Shown here in pieces: positions 25,061-38,976 of a stretch of DNA of 64,000 nt. This DNA is from Eledone cirrhosa (lineage: Eukaryota). The position numbers were made by a program, and so were the translations under genes. The notes beneath the pieces are model-generated. The model was not told the origin of the DNA, searched no databases, and worked only from the letters and a program-made list of their open reading frames with translations. Location: contig OZ024744.1 of the NCBI GenBank assembly GCA_964016885.1, forward strand, positions 47,244,001 through 47,308,000, written 5' to 3'. Within the stretch, counting starts at the first letter, position 1, and every line of letters begins with the position of its first letter.

Positions 25061-28000
25061 TTACAATGTGGGCTGGGTGCTTTTTGCTGTGTCTTTCACA
25101 TGTCCACTTTACAGTGTGGGCTGGGTGCTTTTTGCTGTGTCTTTCACATGTCCACTTCACAGTGTGGGCTGGGTACTTTTTGCTGTGTCTTTCACACGTC
25201 CACTTTACAGTTTGGGCTGGGTGCTTTTTGCTGTGTCTTTCACATGTCCACTTTACAGTGTGGGCTGGGTGCTTTTTGCTGTGTCTTTCACATGTCCACT
25301 TTACAGTGTGGGCTGGGTGCTTTTTGCTGTGTCTTTCACATGTCCACTTTATAGTGTGGGCTGGGTGCTTTTTGCTGTGTCTTTCACATGTCCACTTTAC
25401 AATGTGGGTTGGGTGCTTTTTGCTGTGTCTTTCACATGTCCACTTTACAGTGTGGGCTGGGTGCTTTTTGCTGTGTCTTTCACATATCCACTTTACAGTG
25501 TGGGCTGGGTGCTTTTTGCTGAGTCTTTCACACGTCCACTTTACAGTGTGGGCTGGGTGCTTTTTGCTGTGTCTTTCACGCGTCCACTTTACAGTGTGGG
25601 CTGGGTGCTTTTTGCTGTGTCTTTCACATGTCCACTTTACAATGTGGGCTGGGTGCTTTTTGCTGTGTCTTTCACATCTCCACTTTACAGTGTGGGCTGG
25701 GTGCTTCTTGCAGTGTCTTTCACACGTCCACTTTACAGTGTGGGCTGGGTGCTTATTGCTGTGTCTTTCACATGTCCACTATACAGTGTGGGCTGGGTGC
25801 TTTTTGCTGTGTCTTTCACATGTCCACTTTATAGTGTGGGCTGGGTGCTTTTTGCAGTGTCTTTCACACGTCCACTCTACAGTGTGGGCTGGGTGCTTTT
25901 TGCTGTGTCTTTCACGTGTCCACTTTACAATGTGGGCTGGGTTCTTTTTGCTGTGTCTTTCACATGTCCACTTTACAGTGTGGGCTGGGTGCTTTTTGCT
26001 GTGTCTTTCACATGGCCACTTTACAGTGTGGGCTGGGTGCTTTTTGCTGTGTCTTTCACATGTCCACTTTACAATGTGAGCTGGGTGCTTTTTGCTGTGT
26101 CTTTCACATGTCCACTTTACAGTGTGGGCTGGGTGCTTGTTGCTGTGTCTTTCTCACGTCCACTTTACAGTGTGGGCTGGGTGCTTTTTGCTGTGTCTTT
26201 CACATGTCCACTTTACAGTGTGGGCTAGGTGCTTTTTTCAGTGTCTTTCACACGTCCACTTTACATTGTGGGCTGGGTGCTTGTTGCTGTGTCTTTCTCA
26301 CGTCCACTTTACAGTGAGGGCTGGGTGCTTTTTGCTGTGTCTTTCACATGTCCACTTTACAGTGTGGGCTGGGTGCTTTTTTCAGTGTCTTTCACATGTC
26401 CACTTTACAGTGTGGGCTGGGCGCTTTTTGAAGTGTCTTTCAAACGTCAACTTTACAGTGTGGGCTGGGTGCTTTTTACTGTGTCTTTCACATGTCCACT
26501 TTACAGTGTGGGCTGTGTGCTTGTTGCTGTGTCTTTCTTCCGTCCACTTTACAGTGTGGGCTGGGTGCTTGTTGCTGTGTCTTTCACATGTCCACTTTAC
26601 AGTGTGGGCTGGGTGCTTTTTTCAGTGTCTTTCACACGTCCACTTTACAGTGTGGGCTGGGTGCTTGTTGCTGTGTCTTTCTCACGTCCACTTTACATTG
26701 TGGGCTGGGTGCTTTTTGCTGTGTCTTTCACATGTCCAGTTTACAGTGTGGGCTGGGTGCTTTTTTCAGTGTCTTTCACACGTCCACTTTACAGTGTGGG
26801 CTGGGTGCATGTTGCTGTGTCTTTCTCACGTCCACTTTACAGTGTGGGCTGGGTGCTTTTTGCTGTGTCTTTCACATGTCCACTTTACAGTGTGGGCTGG
26901 GTGCTTTTTTCAGTGTCTTTCACATGTCCACTTTACAGTGTGGGCTGGGTGCTTTTTGCTGTGTCTTTCACATGTCCACTTTACAATGTGGGCTGTGTGC
27001 TTTTTGCTGTGTCTTTCACATGTCCACTTTACAATGTGGGCTGGGTGCTTTTTGCTGTGTCTTTCACATGTCCACTTTACAGTGTGGGCTGGGTGCTTTT
27101 TGCTGTGTCTTTCACATGTCCACTTCACAGTGTGGGCTGGGTGCTTTTTGCTGTGTGTTTCACATGTCCACTTTACAGTGTGGGCTGGGTGCTTTTTGCT
27201 GTGTCTTTCACATGTCCACTTTACAGTGTGGGCTGTGTGCTTTTTGCTGTGTGTTTCACATGTCCACTTTACAGTGTGGGCTGGGTGCTTTTTGCTGTGT
27301 CTTTCACATGTCCACTTTACAATGTGGGCTGGGTGCTTTTTGCTGTGTCTTTCACATGTCCACTTTACAATGTGGGCTGGGTGCTTTTTGCTGTGTCTTT
27401 CACATGTCCACTTTACAGTGTGGGCTGGGTGCTTTTTGCTGTGTCTTTCACATGTCCACTTCACAGTGTGGGCTGGGTGCTTTTTGCTGTGTCTTTCACA
27501 CGTCCACTTTACAGTTTGGGCTGGTTGCTTTTTGCTGTGTCTTTCACATGTCCACTTTACAGTGTGGGCTGGGTGCTTTTTGCTGTGTCTTTCACATGTC
27601 CACTTTACAGTGTGGGCTGGGTGCTTTTTGCTGTGTCTTTCACATGTCCACTTTACAGTGTGGGCTGGGTGCTTTTTGCTGTGTCTTTCACATGTCCACT
27701 TTACAATGTGGGCTGGGTGATTTTTGCTGTGTCTTTCACATGTCCACTTTACAGTGTGGGGTGGGTGCTTTTTGCAGTGTCTTTCACACGTCCACTTTAC
27801 AGTGTGGGCTGGGTGCTTTTTGTTGTATCTTTCTCACGTCCACTTTACAGTGTGGGCTGGGTGCTTTTTGCTGTGTCTTTCACATGTCCACTTTACAGTG
27901 TGGGCTGGGTACTTTTTGCTGTGTCTTTCACATGTCCACTTTACAGTGTGGGCTGGGTGCTTTTTGCTGTGTCTTTCACATGTCCACTTCACAGTGTGGG

Positions 28001-28429
28001 CTGGGTGCTTTTTGCTGTGTCTTTCACATGTCCACTTTACAGTGTGGGCTGGGTGCTTTTTGCTGTGTCTTTCATATGTCCACTTTACAGTGTGGGCTGG
28101 GTGCTTTTTGTTGTGTCTTTCACATGTCCACTTTACAGTGTGGGCTGGGTGCTTTTTGCTGTGTCTTTCACATGTCCACTTTACAATGTGGGCTGGGTGC
28201 TTTTTGCTGTGTCTTTCACATGTCCACTTTACAATGTGGGCTGGGTGATTTTTGCTGTGTCTTTCACATGTCCACTTTACAGTGTGGGCTGGGTGCTTTT
28301 CGCTGTGTCTTTCACATGTCCACTTTACAGTGTGGGCTGGGTGCTTTTTGCTGTGTCTTTCACATGTCCACTTTACAGTGTGGGGTGGGTGCTTTTTGCA
28401 GTGTCTTTCACACGTCCACTTTACAGTGT

Positions 28430-30220
28430 GGGCTGGGTGCTTTTTGCTGTGTCTTTCACATGTCCACTTTACAGTGTGGGCTGGGTGCTTTTTGCTGTGT
28501 CTTTCACATGTCCACTTCACAGTGTGGGCTGGGTACTTTTTGCTGTGTCTTTCACACGTCCACTTTACAGTTTGGGCTGGGTGCTTTTTGCTGTGTCTTT
28601 CACATGTCCACTTTACAGTGTGGGCTGGGTGCTTTTTGCCGTGTCATTCACATGTCCACTTTACAGTGTGGGCTGGGTGCTTTTTGCTGTGTCTTTCACA
28701 TGTCCACTTTATAGTGTGGGCTGGGTGCTTTTTGCTGTGTCTTTCACATGTCCACTTTACAATGTGGGCTGGGTGCTTTTTGCTGTGTCTTTCACATGTC
28801 CACTCTATAGTGTGGGCTGGGTGCTTTTTGCAGTGTCTTTCACACGTCCACTTTACAGTGTGGGCTGGGTGCTTTTTGCTGTGTCTTTCACATGTCCACT
28901 TTACAATGTGGACTGGGTGCTTTTTGCTGTGTCTTTCACATGTCCACTTTACAGTGTGGGGTGTGTGCTTCTTGCAGTGTCTTTCACACGTCCACTTTAC
29001 AGTGTGGGCTGGGTGCTTTTTGCTGTGTCTTTCACATGTCCACTTTACAGTGTGGGCTGGGTGCTTTTTGCTGTGTCTTTCACATGTCCACTTTACAGTG
29101 TGGGCTGGGTGCTTTTTGCTGTGTCTTTCACATGTCCACTTTACAGTGTGGGCTGGGTGCTTTTTTCAGTGTCTTTCACATGTCCACTTTACAGTGTGGG
29201 CTGGGTGCTTTTTGCTGTGTCTTTCACATGTCCACTTTACAATGTGGGCTGGGTGCTTTTTGCTGTGTCTTTCACATGTCCACTTTACAGTGTGGGCTGG
29301 GTGCTTTTTGCTGTGTCTTTCACATGTCCACTTCACAGTGTGGGCTGGGTGCTTTTTGCTGTGTCTTTCACATGTCCACTTTACAGTGTGGGCTGGGTGC
29401 TTTTTGCTGTGTCTTTCACATGTCCACTTTACAGTGTGGGCTGTGTGCTTTTTGCTGTGTCTTTCACATGTCCACTTTACAGTGTGGGCTGGGTGCTTTT
29501 TGCTGTGTCTTTCACATGTCCACTTTACAATGTGGGCTGGGTGCTTTTTGCTGTGTCTTTCACATGTCCACTTTACAATGTGGGCTGGGTGCTTTTTGCT
29601 GTGTCTTTCACATGTCCACTTTACAGTGTGGGCTGGGTGCTTTTTGCTGTGTCTTTCACATGTCCACTTCACAGTGTGGGCTGGGTACTTTTTGCTGTGT
29701 CTTTCACACGTCCACTTTACAGTTTGGGCTGGGTGCTTTTTGCTGTGTCTTTCACATGTCCACTTTACAGTGTGGGCTGGGTGCTTTTTGCTGTCATTCA
29801 CATGTCCACTTTACAGTGTGGGCTGGGTGCTTTTTGCTGTGTCTTTCACATGTCCACTTTATAGTGTGGGCTGGGTGCTTTTTGCTGTGTCTTTCACATG
29901 TCCACTTTACAATGTGGGCTGGGTGCTTTTTGCTGTGTCTTTCACATGTCCACTCTATAGTGTGGGCTGGGTGCTTTTTGCAGTGTCTTTCACACGTCCA
30001 CTTTACAGTGTGGGCTGGGTGCTTTTTGCTGTGTCTTTCACATGTCCACTTTACAATGTGGACTGGGTGCTTTTTGCTGTGTCTTTCACATGTCCACTTT
30101 ACAGTGTGGGGTGTGTGCTTCTTGCAGTGTCTTTCACACGTCCACTTTACAGTGTGGGCTGGGTGCTTTTTGCTGTGTCTTTCACATGTCCACTTTACAG
30201 TGTGGGCTGGGTGCTTTTTG
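28430..30220. repeat. Block duplication with period 1152 bp (24 monomers), about 28430-29070 vs 29580-30220
   Basis: GGGTAC at 28531 and 29683 (offset 1152), followed in both copies by CAGTTTGGG, GTCATTCAC, TTATAG, CTCTATAG, TGGACTG and GGGGTGTG in the same order. The second copy has an extra 2-bp deletion at about 29794. Confidence 0.85.
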
Positions 30221-33200
30221 CTGTGTCTTTCACATATCCACTTTACAGTGTGGGCTGGGTGCTTTTTGCTGAGTCTTTCACACGTCCACTTTACAGTGTG
30301 GGCTGGGTGCTTTTGCTGTGTCTTTCACACGTCCACTTTACAGTGTGGACTGGGTGCTTTTTGCTGTGTCTTTCAAATGTCCACTTTACAATGTGGGCTG
30401 GGTGCTTTTTGCTGTGTCTTTCACATGTCCACTTTACAGTGTGGGCTGGATGCTTCTTGCAGTGTCTTTCACACGTCCACTTTACAGTGTGGGCTGGGTG
30501 CTTTTTGCTGTGTCTTTCACATGTCCACTTTATAGTGTGGGCTGGGTGCTTTTTGCAGTGTCTTTCACACGTCCACTTTACAGTGTGGGCTGGGTGCTTT
30601 TTGCTGTGTCTTTCACATGTCCACTTTACAATGTGGGCTGGGTGCTTTTTGCTGTGTCTTTCACATGTCCACTTTACAATGTGGGCTGTGTGCTTCTTGC
30701 AGTGTCTTTCACACGTCCACTTTACAGTGTGGGCTGGGTGCTTTTTGCTGTGTCTTTCACATGTCCACTTTACAGTGTGGGCTGGGTGCTTTTTGCTGTG
30801 TCTTTCACATGTCCACTTTACAGTGTGGGCTGGGTGCTTTTTGCTGTGTCTTTCACATGTCCATTTTACAATGTGAGCTGGGTGCTTTTTGATGTGTCTT
30901 TCACATGTCCACTTTACAGTGTGGGCTGGGTGCTAGGTTGCTGTGTCTTTCTCACGTCCACTTTACAGTGTGGGCTGGGTGCTTTTTGCTGTGTCTTTCA
31001 CATGTCCACTTTACAGTGCGGGCTAGGTGCTTTTTTCAGTGTCTTTCACACGTCCACTTTACATTGTGGGCTGGGTGCTTCTTGCTGTGTCTTTCTCACG
31101 TCCACTTTACAGTGTGGGCTGGGTGCTTTTTGCTGTGTCTTTCACATGTCCACTTTACAGTGTGGGCTGGGTGCTTTTTTCAGTGTCTTTCACATGTCCA
31201 CTTTACAGCGTGGGTTGGGCGCTTTTTGCAGTGTCTTTCAAACGTCAACTTTACAGTGTGGGCTGGGTGCTTTTTACTGTGTCTTTCACATGTCCACTTT
31301 ACAGTGTGGGCTGTGTGCTTGTTGCTGTGTCTTTCTCACGTCCACTTTACAGTGTGGGCTGGGTGCTTTTTGCTGTGTCTTTCACATGTCCACTTTACAG
31401 TGTGGGCTGAGTGCTTTTTTCAGTGTCTTTCACACGTCCACTTTACAGTGTGGGCTGGGTGCTTTTTGTTGTGTCTTTCTCACGTCCACTTTACAGTGTG
31501 GGCTGGGTGCTTTTTGCTGTGTCTTTCACATGTCCACTTTACAGTGTGGGCTGGGTGATTTTTGCTGTGTCTTTCACATGTCCACTTTACAGTGTCGGCT
31601 GGGTGCTTTTTGCTGTGTCTTTCACGTTTCCACTTCACAGTGTGGGCTGGGTGCTTTTTGCTGTGTCTTTCACATGTCCACTTTACAGTGTGGGCTGGGT
31701 GCTTTTTGCTGTGTCTTTCACATGTCCACTTTACAGTGTGGGCTGGGTGCTTTTTGCTGTGTCTTTCACATGTCCACTTTACAGTGTGGGCTGGGTGCTT
31801 TTTGCTGTGTCTTTCACATGTTCACTTTACAATGTGGGCTGGGTGCTTTTTGCTGTGTCTTTCACATGTCCACTTTACAATGTGGGCTGGGTGCTTTTTG
31901 CTGTGTCTTTCACATGTCCACTTTACAGTGTGGGCTGGGTGCTTTTTGCTTTGTCTTTCACATGTCCACTTTACAGTGTGGGCTGGGTGCTTTTTGCAGT
32001 GTCTTTCACACGTCCACTTTACAGTGTGGGCTGGGTGCTTTTTGTTGTGTCTTTCACATGTCCACTTTACAGTGTGGGCTGTGTGCTTTTTGCAGTGTCT
32101 TTCATACGTCAACTTTACAGTGTGGGCTGGGTGCTTTTTGCTGTGTCTTTCACATGTCCACTTTACAGTGTGGGCTGGGTGCTTTTTGCTGTGTCTTTCA
32201 TATGTCCACTTTACAGTGTGGGCTGGGTGCTTTTTTCAGTGTCTTTCACATGTCCACTTCACGGTGTGGGCGGGCTAATTTTTGCTGTGTCTTTCACATG
32301 TCCACTTTACAATGTGGGCTGGGTGCTTTTTGCTGTATCTTTCAAATGTCCACTTTACAATGTGGGCTGGGTGCTTTTTGCTGTGTCTTTCACATGTCCA
32401 CTTTACAGTGTGGGCTGGATGCTTCTTGCAGTGTCTTTCACACGTCCACTTTACATTGTGGGCTGGGTGCTTGTTGCTGTGTCTTTCTCACGTCCACTTT
32501 ACAGTGTGGGCTGGGTGCTTTTTGCTGTGTCTTTCACATGTCCACTTTACAGTGTGGGTTGGGTGCTTTTTTCAGTGTCTTTCACATGTCCACTTTACAG
32601 TGTGGGCTGGGCGCTTTTTGCAGTGTCTTTCAAACTTCAACTTTACAGTGTGGGCTGGGTGCTTTTTACTGTGTCTTTCACATGTCCACTTTACAGTGTG
32701 GGCTGTGTGCTTGTTGCTGTGTCTTTCTCACGTCCACTTTACAGTGTGGGCTGGGTGCCTTTTGCTGTGTCTTTCACATGTCCACTTTACAGTGTGGGCT
32801 GGGTGCTTTTTTCAGTGTCTTTCACACGTCCACTTTACAGTGTGGGCTGGGTGCTTTTTGTTGTATCTTTCTCACGTCCACTTTACAGTGTGGGCTGGGT
32901 GCTTTTTGCTGTGTCTTTCACATGTCCACTTTACAGTGTGGGCTGGGTGCTTTTTGCTGTGTCTTTCACATGTCCACTTCACAGTGTGGGCTGGGTGCTT
33001 TTTGCTGTGTCTTTCACATGTCCACTTTACAGTGTGGGCTGGGTGCTTTTTGCTGTGTCTTTCATATGTCCACTTTACAGTGTGGGCTGGGTGCTTTTTG
33101 CTGTGTCTTTCACATGTCCACTTTACATTGTGGGCTGGGTGCTTTTCGCTGTGTCTTTCACATGTCCACTTTACAGTGTGGGCTGGGTGCTTTTTGCTGT

Positions 33201-33312
33201 GTCTTTCACATGTCCACTTTACAGTGTGGGGTGGGTGCTTTTTGCAGTGTCTTTCACACGTCCACTTTACAGTGTGGGCTGGGTGCTTTTTGCTGTGTCT
33301 TTCACATGTCCA

Positions 33313-36300
33313 CTTTACAGTGTGGGCTGTGTGCTTTTTGCAGTGTCTTTCACACGTCAACTTTACAGTGTGGGCTGGGTGCTTTTTGCTGTATCTTTCA
33401 AATGTCCACTTTACAATGTGGGCTGGGTGCTTTTTGCTGTGTCTTTCACATGTCCACTTTACAGTGTGGGCTGGATGCTTCTTGCAGTGTCTTTCACACG
33501 TCCACTTTACATTGTGGGCTGGGTGCTTGTTGCTGTGTCTTTCTCACGTCCACTTTACAGTGTGGGCTGGGTGCTTTTTGCTGTGTCTTTCACATGTCCA
33601 CTTTACAGTGTGGGCTGGGTGCTTTTTTCAGTGTCTTTCACATGTCCACTTTACAGTGTGGGCTGGGCGCTTTTTGCAGTGTCTTTCAAACTTCAACTTT
33701 ACAGTGTGGGCTGGGTGCTTTTTACTGTGTCTTTCACATGTCCACTTTACAGTGTGGGCTGTGTGCTTGTTGCTGTGTCTTTCTCACGTCCACTTTACAG
33801 TGTGGGCTGGGTGCTTTTTGCTGTGTCTTTCACATGTCCACTTTACAGTGTGGGCACGGTGCTTTTTTCAGTGTCTTTCACATGTCCACTTTACAGTGTG
33901 GGCTGGGTGCTTTTTGCTGTGTCTTTCACATGTCCACTTTACAGTGTGGGCTGGGTGCTTTTTGCTGTGTCTTTCACATGTCCACTTCACAGTGTGGGCT
34001 GGGTGCTTTTTGCTGTGTCTTTCACATGTCCACTTTACAGTGTGGGCTGGGTGCTTTTTGCTGTGTCTTTCATATGTCCACTTTACAGTGTGGGCTGGGT
34101 GCTTTTTGTTGTGTCTTTCACATGTCCACTTTACAGTGTGGGCTGGGTGCTTTTTGCTGTGTCTTTCACATGTCCACTTTACAATGTGGGCTGGGTGCTT
34201 TTTGCTGTGTCTTTCACATGTCCACTTTACAATGTGGGCTGGGTGATTTTTGCTGTGTCTTTCACATGTCCACTTTACAGTGTGGGCTGGGTGCTTTTCG
34301 CTGTGTCTTTCACATGTCCACTTTACAGTGTGGGCTGGGTGCTTTTTGCTGTGTCTTTCACATGTCCACTTTACAGTGTGGGGTGGGTGCTTTTTGCAGT
34401 GTCTTTCACACGTCCACTTTACAGTGTGGGCTGGGTGCTTTTTGTTGTATCTTTCTCACGTCCACTTTACAGTGTGGGCTGGGTGCTTTTTGCTGTGTCT
34501 TTCACATGTCCACTTTACAGTGTGGGCTGGGTGCTTTTTGCTGTGTCTTTCACATGTCCACTTTACAGTGTGGGCTGGGTGCTTTTTGTTGTGTCTTTCA
34601 CATGTCCACTTCACAGTGTGGGCTGGGTGCTTTTTGCTGTGTCTTTCACATGTCCACTTTACAGTGTGGGCTGGGTGCTTTTTGCTGTGTCTTTCACATG
34701 TCCACTTTACAATGTGGGCTGGGTGCTTTTTGCTGTGTCTTTCACATGTCCACTTTACAATGTGGGCTGGGTGATTTTTGCTGTGTCTTTCACATGTCCA
34801 CTTTACAGTGTGGGCTGGGTGCTTTTCGCTGTGTCTTTCACATGTCCACTTTACAGTGTGGGCTGGGTGCTTTTTGCTGTGTCTTTCACATGTCCACTTT
34901 ACAGTGTGGGGTGGGTGCTTTTTGCAGTGTCTTTCACACGTACACTTTACAGTGTGGGCTGGGTGCTTTTTGCTGTGTCTTTCACATGTCCACTTTACAG
35001 TGTGGGCTGTGTGCTTTTTGCAGTGTCTTTCACACGTCAACTTTACAGTGTGGCCTGGGTGCTTTTTGCTGTGTCTTTCACATGTCTATTTCACAGTGTG
35101 GGCTGGGTGCTTTTTGCTGTGTCTTTCACATTTCCACTTTACAGTGTGGGCTGGGTGCTTTTTGCTGTGTCTTTCATATGTCCACTTTACAGTGTGGGCT
35201 GGGTCCTTTTTTCAGTGTCTTTCACATGTCCACTTCACGGTGTGGGCGGGGTGATTTTTGCTGTGTCTTTCACATGTCCACTTTACAGTGTGGGCTGGGT
35301 GCTTTTTTCAGTGTCTTTCACATGTCCACTTTACAGTGTGGGCTGGGCGCTTTTTGCAGTGTCTTTCAAACTTCAACTTTACAGTGTGGGCTGGGTGCTT
35401 TTTACTGTGTCTTTCACATGTCCACTTTACAGTGTGGGCTGTGTGCTTGTTGCTGTGTCTTTCTCACGTCCACTTTACAGTGTGGGCTGGGTGCTTTTTG
35501 CTGTGTCTTTCACATGTCCACTTTACAGTGTGGGCACGGTGCTTTTTTCAGTGTCTTTCACACGTCCACTTTACATTGTGGGCTGGGTGCTTCTTGCTGT
35601 GTCTTTCTCACGTCCACTTTACAGTGTGGGCTGGGTGCTTTTTGCTGTGTCTTTCACATGTCCACTTTACAGTGTGGGCTGGGTGCTTTTTTCAGTGTCT
35701 TTCACATGTCCACTTTACAGCGTGGGTTGGGCGCTTTTTGCAGTGTCTTTCAAACGTCAACTTTACAGTGTGGGCTGGGTGCTTTTTACTGTGTCTTTCA
35801 CATGTCCACTTTACAGTGTGGGCTGTGTGCTTGTTGCTGTGTCTTTCTCACGTCCACTTTACAGTGTGGGCTGGGTGCTTTTTGCTGTGTCTTTCACATG
35901 TCCACTTTACAGTGTGGGCTGAGTGCTTTTTTCAGTGTCTTTCACACGTCCACTTTACAGTGTGGGCTGGGTGCTTTTTGTTGTGTCTTTCTCACGTCCA
36001 CTTTACAGTGTGGGCTGGGTGCTTTTTGCTGTGTCTTTCACATGTCCACTTTACAGTGTGGGCTGGGTGATTTTTGCTGTGTCTTTCACATGTCCACTTT
36101 ACAGTGTCGGCTGGGTGCTTTTTGCTGTGTCTTTCACGTTTCCACTTTACAGTGTGGGCTGTGTGCTTTTTGCAGTGTCTTTCACACGTCAACTTTACAG
36201 TGTGGGCTGGGTGCTTTTTGCTGTATCTTTCAAATGTCCACTTTACAATGTGGGCTGGGTGCTTTTTGCTGTGTCTTTCACATGTCCACTTTACAGTGTG

Positions 36301-38976
36301 GGCTGGATGCTTCTTGCAGTGTCTTTCACACGTCCACTTTACATTGTGGGCTGGGTGCTTGTTGCTGTGTCTTTCTCACGTCCACTTTACAGTGTGGGCT
36401 GGGTGCTTTTTGCTGTGTCTTTCACATGTCCACTTTACAGTGTGGGCTGGGTGCTTTTTTCAGTGTCTTTCACATGTCCACTTTACAGTGTGGGCTGGGC
36501 GCTTTTTGCAGTGTCTTTCAAACTTCAACTTTACAGTGTGGGCTGGGTGCTTTTTACTGTGTCTTTCACATGTCCACTTTACAGTGTGGGCTGTGTGCTT
36601 GTTGCTGTGTCTTTCTCACGTCCACTTTACAGTGTGGGCTGGGTGCTTTTTGCTGTGTCTTTCACATGTCCACTTTACAGTGTGGGCACGGTGCTTTTTT
36701 CAGTGTCTTTCACATGTCCACTTTACAGTGTGGGCTGGGTGCTTTTTGCTGTGTCTTTCACATGTCCACTTTACAGTGTGGGCTGGGTGCTTTTTGCTGT
36801 GTCTTTCACATGTCCACTTCACAGTGTGGGCTGGGTGCTTTTTGCTGTGTCTTTCACATGTCCACTTTACAGTGTGGGCTGGGTGCTTTTTGCTGTGTCT
36901 TTCATATGTCCACTTTACAGTGTGGGCTGGGTGCTTTTTGTTGTGTCTTTCACATGTCCACTTTACAGTGTGGGCTGGGTGCTTTTTGCTGTGTCTTTCA
37001 CATGTCCACTTTACAATGTGGGCTGGGTGCTTTTTGCTGTGTCTTTCACATGTCCACTTTACAATGTGGGCTGGGTGATTTTTGCTGTGTCTTTCACATG
37101 TCCACTTTACAGTGTGGGCTGGGTGCTTTTCGCTGTGTCTTTCACATGTCCACTTTACAGTGTGGGCTGGGTGCTTTTTGCTGTGTCTTTCACATGTCCA
37201 CTTTACAGTGTGGGGTGGGTGCTTTTTGCAGTGTCTTTCACACGTCCACTTTACAGTGTGGGCTGGGTGCTTTTTGTTGTATCTTTCTCACGTCCACTTT
37301 ACAGTGTGGGCTGGGTGCTTTTTGCTGTGTCTTTCACATGTCCACTTTACAGTGTGGGCTGGGTGCTTTTTGCTGTGTCTTTCACATGTCCACTTTACAG
37401 TGTGGGCTGGGTGCTTTTTGCTGTGTCTTTCACATGTCCACTTCACAGTGTGGGCTGGGTGCTTTTTGCTGTGTCTTTCACATGTCCACTTTACAGTGTG
37501 GGCTGGGTGCTTTTTGCTGTGTCTTTCACATGTCCACTTTACAATGTGGGCTGGGTGCTTTTTGCTGTGTCTTTCACATGTCCACTTTACAATGTGGGCT
37601 GGGTGATTTTTGCTGTGTCTTTCACATGTCCACTTTACAGTGTGGGCTGGGTGCTTTTCGCTGTGTCTTTCACATGTCCACTTTACAGTGTGGGCTGGGT
37701 GCTTTTTGCTGTGTCTTTCACATGTCCACTTTACAGTGTGGGGTGGGTGCTTTTTGCAGTGTCTTTCACACGTACACTTTACAGTGTGGGCTGGGTGCTT
37801 TTTGCTGTGTCTTTCACATGTCCACTTTACAGTGTGGGCTGTGTGCTTTTTGCAGTGTCTTTCACACGTCAACTTTACAGTGTGGCCTGGGTGCTTTTTG
37901 CTGTGTCTTTCACATGTCTATTTCACAGTGTGGGCTGGGTGCTTTTTGCTGTGTCTTTCACATTTCCACTTTACAGTGTGGGCTGGGTGCTTTTTGCTGT
38001 GTCTTTCATATGTCCACTTTACAGTGTGGGCTGGGTCCTTTTTTCAGTGTCTTTCACATGTCCACTTCACGGTGTGGGCGGGGTGATTTTTGCTGTGTCT
38101 TTCACATGTCCACTTTACAGTGTGGGCTGGGTGCTTTTTTCAGTGTCTTTCACATGTCCACTTTACAGTGTGGGCTGGGCGCTTTTTGCAGTGTCTTTCA
38201 AACTTCAACTTTACAGTGTGGGCTGGGTGCTTTTTACTGTGTCTTTCACATGTCCACTTTACAGTGTGGGCTGTGTGCTTGTTGCTGTGTCTTTCTCACG
38301 TCCACTTTACAGTGTGGGCTGGGTGCTTTTTGCTGTGTCTTTCACATGTCCACTTTACAGTGTGGGCACGGTGCTTTTTTCAGTGTCTTTCACACGTCCA
38401 CTTTACATTGTGGGCTGGGTGCTTCTTGCTGTGTCTTTCTCACGTCCACTTTACAGTGTGGGCTGGGTGCTTTTTGCTGTGTCTTTCACATGTCCACTTT
38501 ACAGTGTGGGCTGGGTGCTTTTTTCAGTGTCTTTCACATGTCCACTTTACAGCGTGGGTTGGGCGTTTTTTGCAGTGTCTTTCAAACGTCAACTTTACAG
38601 TGTGGGCTGGGTGCTTTTTACTGTGTCTTTCACATGTCCACTTTACAGTGTGGGCTGTGTGCTTGTTGCTGTGTCTTTCTCACGTCCACTTTACAGTGTG
38701 GGCTGGGTGCTTTTTGCTGTGTCTTTCACATGTCCACTTTACAGTGTGGGCTGAGTGCTTTTTTCAGTGTCTTTCACACGTCCACTTTACAGTGTGGGCT
38801 GGGTGCTTTTTGTTGTGTCTTTCTCACGTCCACTTTACAGTGTGGGCTGGGTGCTTTTTGCTGTGTCTTTCACATGTCCACTTTACAGTGTGGGCTGGGT
38901 GATTTTTGCTGTGTCTTTCACATGTCCACTTTACAGTGTCGGCTGGGTGCTTTTTGCTGTGTCTTTCACGTTTCCA
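33313..38976. repeat. Complete tandem duplication of a 59-monomer (2832 bp) unit, 33313-36144 and 36145-38976
   Basis: ORF pairs 34250/37082, 34778/37610, 35258/38090 and 35923/38755 differ by 2832. The marker CACGTTTCC lies at 36135 and 38967. I noticed only a couple of single-base differences (about 34589 and 38566). Confidence 0.92.
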
